A DNA stretch of 63,833 bases, counting the filler, from Octopus bimaculoides (taxonomy: Eukaryota), in assembly GCF_001194135.2 (NCBI RefSeq). It is 5 parts of 4 records of this genome, joined end to end, with 100 filler letters (N's around TTAATTAATTAA, not from the genome) between each part and the next. Parts side by side here need not be neighbours in the genome. Positions count along the whole stretch, not along the records: positions 11,041 to 31,341 come from NC_068986.1; 4 more parts are not named here. One strand, 5' to 3'. The notes beneath the pieces were generated by a model. That model was given only the letters and a program-made list of their open reading frames with translations, was not told the origin of the DNA and did no database searches. This document shows positions 13,245 through 25,390 of the stretch, piece after piece (the stretch's first letter is position 1; the number at the start of each line of letters is the position of its first letter). A program made the translations under genes and the position numbers.

Positions 13245-13713
13245 GGGGGTATAGATATGTATATGTGTATATACAATATATACATGTATACATATACTTT
13301 ATATATACACACACACACAAATAAATATAGCACATATAGTATATATATATATATACTTATAGAACTGCATATAGTTATCACTACGCCTCCGTATACTCTT
13401 CATCCTTGACTAGTAACAGCGCGGGTGCTGCGTCCGTACTGGAGCACCGCCGTTTGTATGCGTTTCTATAAATTCTCAAATTCTCCCTTCATATTGACTT
13501 CATTTCACAGACCGCGTTTGTCTTGTGCGCTTTTTCCTAGGTAAAAAAAGCATAAACAGGTGTGTGCTAAACACATTAACACATAGAGTTCTACATGTAC
13601 AGCTACCATTGCTCATGCGCCCACGCACGGACTCACATACACCCCCCATAGACAAACATATATATAATGTCACACGAAATCTGAAACACGCATAACATCA
13701 TACACAGAGAAAT

Positions 13714-13843
<130 letters not shown>

Positions 13844-13989
13844 GCAGCGGGAGATGCGGGAGTATAGTTTCGTGTGCGTGCGTGTAAGAATAATGAGCAT
13901 CAAGCAATAAACAGATACACAATCGCACACACGCGCGTACGCACGAGCAAGTACACAAACACCACACACACACACACGAGTTGTTATGT

Positions 13990-14145
13990 GGACGAGTTGT
14001 TATGTCGTTAGAAGTTTGCTTCCCAACGACATGGTTCCAGGTTCAATCCCGCTGCGTGAGACCTTGGCCAAGTGTCTTCCACCATAGCGTAGGAAGAACC
14101 AAAGCCTTGTGAGAGAATTCGGTAGACAGAAACTGAAAGTAAACC
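13990..14145 (+). mobile_element. Degenerate tRNA-derived SINE head
   Basis: aagtttgcttcccaac..catggttccaggttcaatcccgctgcgtg..accttggccaagtgtcttc matches the family seen intact at 28855 and 37473. Confidence 0.75.
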
Positions 14146-14456
14146 TCCCTATCTGAATATGACCCCACCATTTACTGACTTATATATATATATATATATA
14201 TATATNNNNNNNNNNNNNNNNNNNNNNNNNNNNNNNNNNNNNNNNNNNNNNNNNNNNNNNNNNNNNNNNNNNNNNNNNNNNNNNNNNNNNNNNNNNNNNN
14301 NNNNNNNNNNNNNNNNNNNNNNNNNNNNNNNNNNNNNNNNNNNNNNNNNNNNNNNNNNNNNNNNNNNNNNNNNNNNNNNNNNNNNNNNNNNNNNNNNNNN
14401 NNNNNNNNNNNNNNNNNNNNNNNNNNNNNNNNNNNNNNNNNNNNNNNNATATATAC

Positions 14457-14534
<78 letters not shown>

Positions 14535-14802
14535 ATGTATCTATGTGTTTGTGTGTCAGAGTTTGTCAGACAACCGATGTTGGTGTGTTTATGTTTCCGT
14601 AATGTAGCGGTTCAGCAAAACAGACCGGTCAATTTCTTGGACTATAGGCGTTGCCCAAGCATAGCTGAAGTCAAATGACTGAAACAAGTAAAAGAATAAA
14701 AGAGTATATATGCATACAAGCACACACATGTATATATATATATATATCTGTGTGTGTAATATATATATAATATATATATACACACACATATATATATATG
14801 TA

Positions 14803-14882
<80 letters not shown>

Positions 14883-15391
14883 GTGTGTGTGTGTGTGTAT
14901 ATATGTATGTATGTATGTATATATTTGTATATAAGTATATATAATGCAGGCGCACATTTACTGGATTGCCTAGAATTATACATGCGCATAAACATGTGCC
15001 TGTGCCTACGCGCGTGTAGAAAACGAATTTTCAATTCTATATATATGTGTGTCTCTATGTGTATGTATATACATATATGTAAAAGAATATATATTTCTGT
15101 ATACGTGCGTATATACATCATGTACTATATATGTGTGCGGGTGTGTATACGTGTGTGTGTTTCTGTATGCACGAAAGTATGTGAGTATGTATGTATGCTT
15201 ACACACACAGATACAGACATGCATACACACGTACATATCCATAGACACCCACACATTTAAGCACTGAATCATGTACATAGGTATACGCGTGCGGTCGCAC
15301 GGGCTCGTGTGTTTGTGTGTCTGCACAGTCAGAAAATTTACTGAGCAGCACTTTGTTTCGCGTTTTTTCTCACTGTACGTCACTTCTGTAG

Positions 15392-15420
15392 GTATCATGT
15401 ACCACAGCCCGCTTCGCTAT
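15392..15420 (+). CDS. Candidate 29-nt microexon
   Basis: cgcgttttttctcactgtacgtcacttctgtag|GTATCATG...CGCTAT|gtaagt. The phase-1 reading (G)IMYHSPLRY would join the 12254-12370 candidate in frame. Could be chance. Confidence 0.25.
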
Positions 15421-15631
15421 GTAAGTGTCCGTCTGTGTCTGTGTGCGTGCGTCACGTACGTATATGTGTGCGCGTGTGTGTGTTTCTATGTGTAAGGTAG
15501 TGTGTATACCTTCCATTCGTGTGTAAAGAAGTGTGTATAGCTATATATTTCTTTATATAGTTGTATCTTTCCATGCTACATATCTACCAATATATCAATC
15601 TATCAATCAATTTATCTGTCTCTCGAATTGA

Positions 15632-15670
<39 letters not shown>

Positions 15671-15672
15671 GC

Positions 15673-15717
<45 letters not shown>

Positions 15718-16408
15718 GTATATATANNNNNNNNNNNNNNNNNNNNNNNNNNNNNNNNNNNNNNNNNNNNNNNNNNNNNNNNNNNNNNNNNNNNNNNNNN
15801 NNNNNNNNNNNNNNNNNNNNNNNNNNNNNNNNNNNNNNNNNNNNNNNNNNNNNNNNNNNNNNNNNNNNNNNNNNNNNNNNNNNNNNNNNNNNNNNNNNNN
15901 NNNNNNNNNNNNNNNNNNNNNNNNNNNNNNNNNNNNNNNNNNNNNNNNNNNNNNNNNNNNNNNNNNNNNNNNNNNNNNNNNNNNNNNNNNNNNNNNNNNN
16001 NNNNNNNNNNNNNNNNNNNNNNNNNNNNNNNNNNNNNNNNNNNNNNNNNNNNNNNNNNNNNNNNNNNNNNNNNNNNNNNNNNNNNNNNNNNNNNNNNNNN
16101 NNNNNNNNNNNNNNNNNNNNNNNNNNNNNNNNNNNNNNNNNNNNNNNNNNNNNNNNNNNNNNNNNNNNNNNNNNNNNNNNNNNNNNNNNNNNNNNNNNNN
16201 NNNNNNNNNNNNNNNNNNNNNNNNNNNNNNNNNNNNNNNNNNNNNNNNNNNNNNNNNNNNNNNNNNNNNNNNNNNNNNNNNNNNNNNNNNNNNNNNNNNN
16301 NNNNNNNNNNNNNNNNNNNNNNNNNNNNNNNNNNNNNNNNNNNNNNNNNNNNNNNNNNNNNNNNNNNNNNNNNNNNNNNNNNNNNNNNNNNNNNNNNNNN
16401 NNNNNNNC

Positions 16409-16493
16409 ATACATACATATATACATGCATGCATACATACATATATACATACATACATATACATACAAACATACATACATACATACATGCATG

Positions 16494-16525
<32 letters not shown>

Positions 16526-16750
16526 CACACATACATACATATACATACAAACATACATACATACATACATATATACATACATACATGCATGCATACATAC
16601 ATACATACATACATACATATACATACAAACATACATACATACATACATATATACATACATGCATGCATACATGCATGCATACATACATATATACATACAT
16701 GCATGCATACATACATACATACATACATACATACATACATGCATGCATAT
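16409..16750. repeat. Complex tetranucleotide satellite (ACAT/ATAT/GCAT/ACAA units)
   Basis: Recurrent pattern atacatatacatacaaacatacatacat..gcatgcat. A very similar block lies at 17555-17831. Confidence 0.9.
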
Positions 16751-17069
16751 ACACACACATTCCCTCGCATACATACACTCGCGCGCACACACATAAATAT
16801 ACATATATTTGTTTATATGTGTGCCTTTGCCTCTTTGCCTCGGTGTTACCTGTGTATTTTCCATGTGTGTGTATATACTTACAAATATACACCCAATCAC
16901 AAAATGTCAACAAAGTCAATGTGATGGTTGCGGTTTCAAACTGGAGAGCCTCTTCACCTGCTGCTGAGACATTTCTCATTCGTTTCTCATTACATGTCAT
17001 GCCATAACTGCACTGTTCGGCAAAAAAATTATTGTTGTACATAATACATTCTGGCGTGCCAGTTTGGTA

Positions 17070-17478
17070 AAAAAAAAACAAAGCTTGTTTCCCAACCACA
17101 TGGTTCTGGGATCAGTCCCACAGTGTGAGACCTTGGGCAAGTGTATCTGCTATACCCTCGGGCCTGGCAAATCCTTGTGAGTGGATTGGGTAGACGGAAA
17201 ATGAAAGAAGCCCGTCGTATTTGTATATAAATATGTGTGTGTGTGTGTGTGTGTGTGNNNNNNNNNNTATGTATATATATATATATATATATATGCATGT
17301 ATGTATGTATTATACACGTGTAGGAGTGGCTGTGTAGTAAGTAGCTTGCTCACGAACCACATGGTTCCGGGCTCAGTCGCACTGCGTGGCCGCCTTGGGC
17401 AAGTGTCTTGTACTATAGCCTCGCTGCTCCAGCATGGTCACAATCAAATGACTGAACCAAATAAAAGAATAAAAGAAT
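17070..17478 (+). mobile_element. Two adjacent SINE copies (second one internally deleted)
   Basis: Heads at ~17075 and ~17320 (ggagtggctgtgtagtaagtagcttgc..catggttccgggctcagtc). The second jumps straight to the tail ctccagcatgg..gactgaaccaaataaaagaataaaagaa. Confidence 0.8.
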
Positions 17479-18732
17479 ACACATAAGTTTGAATTTCTTA
17501 TTCAGCGTAACATTAGAAATATACATTTATATTAGTGTATGTGGACACGTGCCTATACATACATACATACATACATACATACATACATGCATACATACAT
17601 ACATATACATACAAACATACATACATACATACATACATGCATACATGCATGCATACATACATACATACATATATACATGCATGCATACATACATATATAC
17701 ATACATACATATACATACAAACATACATACATACATACATACATACATGCATACATGCATGCATACATACATACATACATATATACATGCATGCATACAT
17801 ACATATATACATACATACATATACATACAAANNNNNNNNNNNNNNNNNNNNNNNNNNNNNNNNNNNNNNNNNNNNNNNNNNNNNNNNNNNNNNNNNNNNN
17901 NNNNNNNNNNNNNNNNNNNNNNNNNNNNNNNNNNNNNNNNNNNNNNNNNNNNNNNNNNNNNNNNNNNNNNNNNNNNNNNNNNNNNNNNNNNNNNNNNNNN
18001 NNNNNNNNNNNNNNNNNNNNNNNNNNNNNNNNNNNNNNNNNNNNNNNNNNNNNNNNNNNNNNNNNNNNNNNNNNNNNNNNNNNNNNNNNNNNNNNNNNNN
18101 NNNNNNNNNNNNNNNNNNNNNNNNNNNNNNNNNNNNNNNNNNNNNNNNNNNNNNNNNNNNNNNNNNNNNNNNNNNNNNNNNNNNNNNNNNNNNNNNNNNN
18201 NNNNNNNNNNNNNNNNNNNNNNNNNNNNNNNNNNNNNNNNNNNNNNNNNNNNNNNNNNNNNNNNNNNNNNNNNNNNNNNNNNNNNNNNNNNNNNNNNNNN
18301 NNNNNNNNNNNNNNNNNNNNNNNNNNNNNNNNNNNNNNNNNNNNNNNNNNNNNNNNNNNNNNNNNNNNNNNNNNNNNNNNNNNNNNNNNNNNNNNNNNNN
18401 NNNNNNNNNNNNNNNNNNNNNNNNNNNNNNNNNNNNNNNNNNNNNNNNNNNNNNNNNNNNNNNNNNNNNNNNNNNNNNNNNNNNNNNNNNNNNNNNNNNN
18501 NNNNNNNNNNNNNNNNNNNNNNNNNNNNNNNNNNNNNNNNNNNNNNNNNNNNNNNNNNNNNNNNNNNNNNNNNNNNNNNNNNNNNNNNNNNNNNNNNNNN
18601 NNNNNNNNNNNNNNNNNNNNNNNNNNNNNNNNNNNNNNNNNNNNNNNNNNNNNNNNNNNNNNNNNNNNNNNNNNNNNNNNNNNNNNNNNNNNNNNNNNNN
18701 NNNNNNNNNNNNNNNNNNNNNNNNNNNNNNNN

Positions 18733-18765
<33 letters not shown>

Positions 18766-19012
18766 TTGTCTTTGTGTCTATGTTTGGCCCACCATCATTG
18801 CTTGATAACCGATATTGATTCGTTTACGTCCCCGTAAAACAACGGTTCGGCAAAACAGTCCGATAGAATAAGTACTAGGATTACAAAGATCAAGTCCTGC
18901 GGTCGATTTCTTCGACAAAAATGCCCTTTACGGCGGTGCTCCAGCGTGGTCGCAGTCGAATGACTGAAACAAGTAAAAGAATATAAGAATATATCTACAT
19001 CTGTCTGTCTGA

Positions 19013-19052
<40 letters not shown>

Positions 19053-20940
19053 CTCATTCTATCTATCTATCTATCTTTCTCTAACTTTCTATCTATCTAT
19101 ATATACATAAAATACGTATATACATACGTACGTACACACATACGCACAGACAAGTATATATGCATATATATACATATGGGAGAATGTACGAAAAAAACAA
19201 CAACAGACGAGGACAGGTGGTGTAAACAACAAAAGGATGTATTAGTATGACGCTCGGGAATACGGAAAATCTTTAACGTTTCGAGCTACGCTATATATAT
19301 ATATGTGTGTGTGTTTGTGTGTGTGTGTGTGAGTATTTGTGTGTGTATGTATGCATGTATGTTATTATATATGCTTGTAAGCATGCATACATCTATGTAT
19401 ATATNNNNNNNNNNNNNNNNNNNNNNNNNNNNNNNNNNNNNNNNNNNNNNNNNNNNNNNNNNNNNNNNNNNNNNNNNNNNNNNNNNNNNNNNNNNNNNNN
19501 NNNNNNNNNNNNNNNNNNNNNNNNNNNNNNNNNNNNNNNNNNNNNNNNNNNNNNNNNNNNNNNNNNNNNNNNNNNNNNNNNNNNNNNNNNNNNNNNNNNN
19601 NNNNNNNNNNNNNNNNNNNNNNNNNNNNNNNNNNNNNNNNNNNNNNNNNNNNNNNNNNNNNNNNNNNNNNNNNNNNNNNNNNNNNNNNNNNNNNNNNNNN
19701 NNNNNNNNNNNNNNNNNNNNNNNNNNNNNNNNNNNNNNNNNNNNNNNNNNNNNNNNNNNNNNNNNNNNNNNNNNNNNNNNNNNNNNNNNNNNNNNNNNNN
19801 NNNNNNNNNNNNNNNNNNNNNNNNNNNNNNNNNNNNNNNNNNNNNNNNNNNNNNNNNNNNNNNNNNNNNNNNNNNNNNNNNNNNNNNNNNNNNNNNNNNN
19901 NNNNNNNNNNNNNNNNNNNNNNNNNNNNNNNNNNNNNNNNNNNNNNNNNNNNNNNNNNNNNNNNNNNNNNNNNNNNNNNNNNNNNNNNNNNNNNNNNNNN
20001 NNNNNNNNNNNNNNNNNNNNNNNNNNNNNNNNNNNNNNNNNNNNNNNNNNNNNNNNNNNNNNNNNNNNNNNNNNNNNNNNNNNNNNNNNNNNNNNNNNNN
20101 NNNNNNNNNNNNNNNNNNNNNNNNNNNNNNNNNNNNNNNNNNNNNNNNNNNNNNNNNNNNNNNNNNNNNNNNNNNNNNNNNNNNNNNNNNNNNNNNNNNN
20201 NNNNNNNNNNNNNNNNNNNNNNNNNNNNNNNNNNNNNNNNNNNNNNNNNNNNNNNNNNNNNNNNNNNNNNNNNNNNNNNNNNNNNNNNNNNNNNNNNNNN
20301 NNNNNNNNNNNNNNNNNNNNNNNNNNNNNNNNNNNNNNNNNNNNNNNNNNNNNNNNNNNNNNNNNNNNNNNNNNNNNNATATATATATGTATGTATAGAT
20401 ATATAGATATATAGATAGATACATACATGCATGCATACACATGTATACATATATACATGTAGATGTATGTGTGTGTGTGTGTGTGTGTGTGTTCACGCGC
20501 ATGTATGCATATTCGTATGTGTGTACATGTGAACGTGTGTATTTGTGTGCTAATGTGTTTTGTGTGTACACATGTATGGGCGTGTTGGTGTGTGTCACGG
20601 AAATTTATCAAACGTGCAGAGGAAGAGAAGATTAATGTTTATTCCAACAAATACATATTTAGACATATGAATTATTGTATATATTAGTGAAAAATATCTT
20701 TAAACAATATAAACTGAATCCTTAATGCATCAATATGTTTATTTGTGTAACGTGTGTACAGCTGGACGTTATTGTTCTTCATTGGCGTTTGATTTCAATG
20801 ATAGTGTCTATATATATATATATATATATGTGTGTGTCAAGAGATAATTTTCAGTTGATCCTATCTTTTTATGGAGACAAAAGGGTTTATATGACTGCAA
20901 AAAAGAAGTGCTCAAATGTAATTGAGACAGAGATAAATAA

Positions 20941-21078
20941 CATTGATCAGAGAACAGACATCAAATTCGACTGAACAACTTTATACATAACACCACGCCT
21001 CCAAACATCTTTGTTTTGAGGCGAGGTGTTATGTATAAAGTCTTTGACTAGAATTTGATGTTTGTTCTCTGATCAATG
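20941..21078. repeat. 138-bp fold-back (67-bp arms, 4-nt loop)
   Basis: Arm 20941-21007 matches the reverse complement of 21012-21078 at 59 of 67 positions with no indels. Five of the eight mismatches fall in one central bubble. Confidence 0.92.
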
Positions 21079-21798
21079 ATTATATATATNNNNNNNNNNN
21101 NNNNNNNNNNNNNNNNNNNNNNNNNNNNNNNNNNNNNNNNNNNNNNNNNNNNNNNNNNNNNNNNNNNNNNNNNNNNNNNNNNNNNNNNNNNNNNNNNNNN
21201 NNNNNNNNNNNNNNNNNNNNNNNNNNNNNNNNNNNNNNNNNNNNNNNNNNNNNNNNNNNNNNNNNNNNNNNNNNNNNNNNNNNNNNNNNNNNNNNNNNNN
21301 NNNNNNNNNNNNNNNNNNNNNNNNNNNNNNNNNNNNNNNNNNNNNNNNNNNNNNNNNNNNNNNNNNNNNNNNNNNNNNNNNNNNNNNNNNNNNNNNNNNN
21401 NNNNNNNNNNNNNNNNNNNNNNNNNNNNNNNNNNNNNNNNNNNNNNNNNNNNNNNNNNNNNNNNNNNNNNNNNNNNNNNNNNNNNNNNNNNNNNNNNNNN
21501 NNNNNNNNNNNNNNNNNNNNNNNNNNNNNNNNNNNNNNNNNNNNNNNNNNNNNNNNNNNNNNNNNNNNNNNNNNNNNNNNNNNNNNNNNNNNNNNNNNNN
21601 NNNNNNNNNNNNNNNNNNNNNNNNNNNNNNNNNNNNNNNNNNNNNNNNNNNNNNNNNNNNNNNNNNNNNNNNNNNNNNNNNNNNNNNNNNNNNNNNNNNN
21701 NNNNNNNNNNNNNNNNNNNNNNNNNNNNNNNNNNNNNNNNNNNNNNNNNNNNNNNNNNNNNNNNNNNNNNNNNNNNNNNNNNNNNNNNNNNNNNNNNN

Positions 21799-21838
<40 letters not shown>

Positions 21839-22475
21839 GCGTGTGAGTGTGTAAATGTATATATATATGTGTTTGTGTGTGTGTGTGTTTAGATAGATAG
21901 ATTGATAGATAGATTAGTGTTTCGTTACGGATCAACGAAAAACGTACTCCAGCTAGTAAGAGATAAATATAATTTAATATACACATTATGTAATCATTAG
22001 CTACCAATAGTTTCAGGCCTTGGAAACCCTACAATTCGGCAGATTTATGTAACTTTCCTTGGGTCTTCAAGCAATCTGTGAAGCGCGGTACACTGGTTTA
22101 GCTCCATTTAATAAGTAGGACATTAGTCAATGAGAAAACATGAGAAAAAGAAACGAGAAAAAAGTCGTTGCAAAAACTGGAACGAGAAAAGATAAGAAGG
22201 GAGAAAAAGAAGAGAAAGGAAACCAAGAGTTGCAGCCATATTTCTATATACAGTGATATTATGTCAATGACTAGGTCACAATTTGTTGACGGAAATTTTG
22301 ACACCAAATACATGCATAAAAGAAGTTAACAAACATGCTTTGTCTGTGTGTCTTCTATTCTGAAATCATACGTTTTCAAGTTTATATATGTATACGTCTA
22401 TTTGTGAATCTATGAATACATATATACACAGACACACAGATATACACTCACATACACATACAAACACACACACAT

Positions 22476-23436
22476 ACTAGCTGAGAAGCCCGTCGTTGCT
22501 GGGCAATTTTTACAATAGAATGTCTTGTATATAAATTTTTGTTTATTCGATGTTAGATCATGACTTTCCCGATATATAGGCCAGTTGTTCTGGACAGATT
22601 TGTGCAATTTTTTTCGAAAAAACATCGGTGGGGATTTTCTACCTTCTTAAATTATTTACATGTCTGTTCTACCGTTTTACATGACTTTATTCATTAAAAC
22701 TTATTAAAACTACAAAAGTTCTTACAATTTGGTCATTGTAATGCTTTGCTTTCGAATGTTTAATAAAAATTCCTCCTCGTAATGATTTTTCTTTCATTTT
22801 GTGATTGATAGCTTTAATGCAGAAAATGCCAGCTTCCTAATCCTGTTTTCTGATCAGGAAAATTTGATTAAACTTTATACCTCAATAAAATTTTTGTGCA
22901 ACTTTTCTGGAACAAATAAATAACGAAATAGGATCTAACGTGACGCTTTAAAAGTTCCCCATGTGTACTGCATGTATGTGTGTGTATGTTTGTGTGTGTG
23001 TGTGCATGTGTGCGTGCGTGTGTGTGTGTGTGTGTGAGTGTGTGTGTGTGTGTATGCATGCATGTATCTATGTATTTGCGAAAGTATGTTTGCAGTGTCG
23101 TGTATATATACCACAATGACAGCTCTATTAACGTTATCACCCCACAGCCATTCCATATTTGTCACGCAACGCTCTTCCCCCCTTCCCTGATATCATCCAC
23201 ACTCACTATGCCACCACATTTCCTTCGCACTAACACTCTTGCACACTTTTCAATATATCAAATCATAGCCTAACCCCACTAGGGAGTCCCTTATAAATTT
23301 CTATTGAAATCCAATTAACCTGTTATTGAACTGCATGTTTGTTTAACATGTATGCAAAGTTTCGTCGAGATTGGTTCTCTAGTGTAAGTAGCAAAATAGT
23401 AACAGAGAGAAATTGCCATTTAAGTATAAGCTATGA
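22476..23436 (+). mobile_element. Helitron/DINE-like non-autonomous element
   Basis: 5' ACTAGCTGAGAAGCCCGTCGTTGC, internal microsatellite, core gcaaagtttcgtcgagattggttc and 3' taagtataag..gatagat resemble DINE/HINE architecture. Class assigned from recalled motifs. Confidence 0.5.
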
Positions 23437-23454
23437 TAGATAGATACATATTTT

Positions 23455-23665
23455 TTTCTTTTACTGTTTTACTTGTTTCAGTCATTTGACTGCAGCCATG
23501 CTGGAGCACCGCCTTAAACTGTTACTGAAGAAATCGATCCTAGGACCTATTCTTTGTAAGCCTGGTACTTATTCTATCGGTCTATTCTGCTGAACCTCTG
23601 GGCACATAAGCATCCATTGTCAAGCGATGGCAGGAGTACAAACGCTGACGCACACACGCACGCAC

Positions 23666-23702
<37 letters not shown>

Positions 23703-23855
23703 CGGGCCTTCTGTTTTCGTCTACCAAATCCACTCACAAGGCTGTAGTCGGCCCGAGGCTATAGTTGAAGACACTCGCCCAAGTTGCCACGCAGTGGGAC
23801 TGAACTCGGGACCATGCCATTTGGTTGCAAAACTAGCTTCTTACCATATAGCTAN
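23455..23855 (-). mobile_element. tRNA-derived SINE
   Basis: Reverse copy: tttacttgtttcagtcatttgactgc..ctggagcaccgcc..ctaccaaatccactcacaag..gcagtgggactgaac. Confidence 0.88.
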
Positions 23856-24099
23856 NNNNNNNNNNNNNNNNNNNNNNNNNNNNNNNNNNNNNNNNNNNNN
23901 NNNNNNNNNNNNNNNNNNNNNNNNNNNNNNNNNNNNNNNNNNNNNNNNNNNNNNNNNNNNNNNNNNNNNNNNNNNNNNNNNNNNNNNNNNNNNNNNNNNN
24001 NNNNNNNNNATATATATATATATATATATAATACAAATGATATGTGAGCATATGCATATATACATACATATATGTAACCCACACTGCACAATATCCATC

Positions 24100-25390
24100 T
24101 TAGTCCTGCATTTGTTGAGGGAGGTCTTTGGAGAATCATCCAGTAACAATAGTAAGTCTATTTACGTTGCGTTCGAGCGATCTACACGAGTGCAGCCTCG
24201 CTTTCATATCCATAACAGTACGTTTGTTGCCAGCTCTTGTTTAGCTCGCCAGCAACGTCCCGCAAAGCACAAGAGCCATCCCTTGTAATCGCTGACACAA
24301 GAAGATCTCTATATATTCCAGGTGGGCTGAGTTCTCCAATGTATTTTATAGACAGCTCTTAACATTAGGGTGTAAGTTCCATCTAGCAATGGATTCTTTG
24401 CTAAGTATCCAAGCTATTTCCCCATAGAAAAGGACTGACCTACTGTTGCACGGGGAAATCCCTCCTAAGGTTGTCTCACAGGATTCATTTCCAGACATCC
24501 AGTTCACTTAAGGCCGACTATACTTTCGCTATCCAAGATTTTATATATTTTTCAGTTGAGGCGATCACAGAACCGAGGTACGTGAAAGCATCAACTTCAT
24601 TGATGGAGTTCCGTTGATGTTTGGTGATGGATCCTTGTTTATAGTGAGAACTTATTTCTCCAACATCTTGTGCAGCTAAATCTAGACCGTGATGTAACTG
24701 AGTGTCAGAAAGCAAAGCTAAAACATCAGCATTGTCTAGATCAGTTATTTCTTAAGCTAGATGTCCGGTCGATCTTCTTTTCGCGAGGCTCTTTAGATTG
24801 TCAAGTGATGTTCTGGAGACATAATCCAGAGTGATCACGAAGAGAAAAGGTACCGATGTTTTCCCCTGGAGTACTCCATCTGCAAACCTTACCATTCGTT
24901 TGGTGTTGTTATAAAGCATTATAACTACTGCTGCTGTTTCCTCAGTTATACCATAGAACAGCAGTATTTTTTCCATTTTACCACGGTGGATTGAGTAAAA
25001 AGCCTTTAAGAAATCAACAAGCATTAAAACTGATTTAAGATTTCTAGCTTTACATTCTACCAGTTGACGACCAGCTGTAAGTATTTGTCCGACAGTTGAT
25101 TTATTCTCTCGGAAACCATTTTGAAATTTTCTCAATTTCTGGGTGTATCCTGTTGAGTAGAAGTGAATTATAATTTTTTGTAAGAGCAAGGCCTCTGTAG
25201 TTCTATATGAGACCCAAATCGCCTTTCTTTCGAAAGGGAAATATGCAACCTTCTATCCATTGGTCAATGTTGGTTCCATTGTAGGCTATTGCAGAAGCCT
25301 AGCAGAATACCATTGAATTCTCCTGTTCTCCAGATTTCCGGCAGAATGTTATCCAGTGCAGCAGCCTTTCAGGTTTTGATATTTTTAAGA
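24100..25390 (-). mobile_element. RTE-clade LINE fragment, reverse transcriptase and C-terminal region (pseudogenic)
   Basis: KLRKFQNGFRENKSTVGQILT..LVDFLKAFYSIHRGKMEKILLFYGI..GVLQG..PFLFVITLDYV, then FTYLGSVIASTEK. Multiple stops and deletions. Confidence 0.9.

Noticed and set aside
21017-21041. TGAGGCGAGGTGTTATGTATAAAGT resembling let-7
   Set aside because: The seed differs from let-7 (UGAGGUAG) and overall similarity is superficial.
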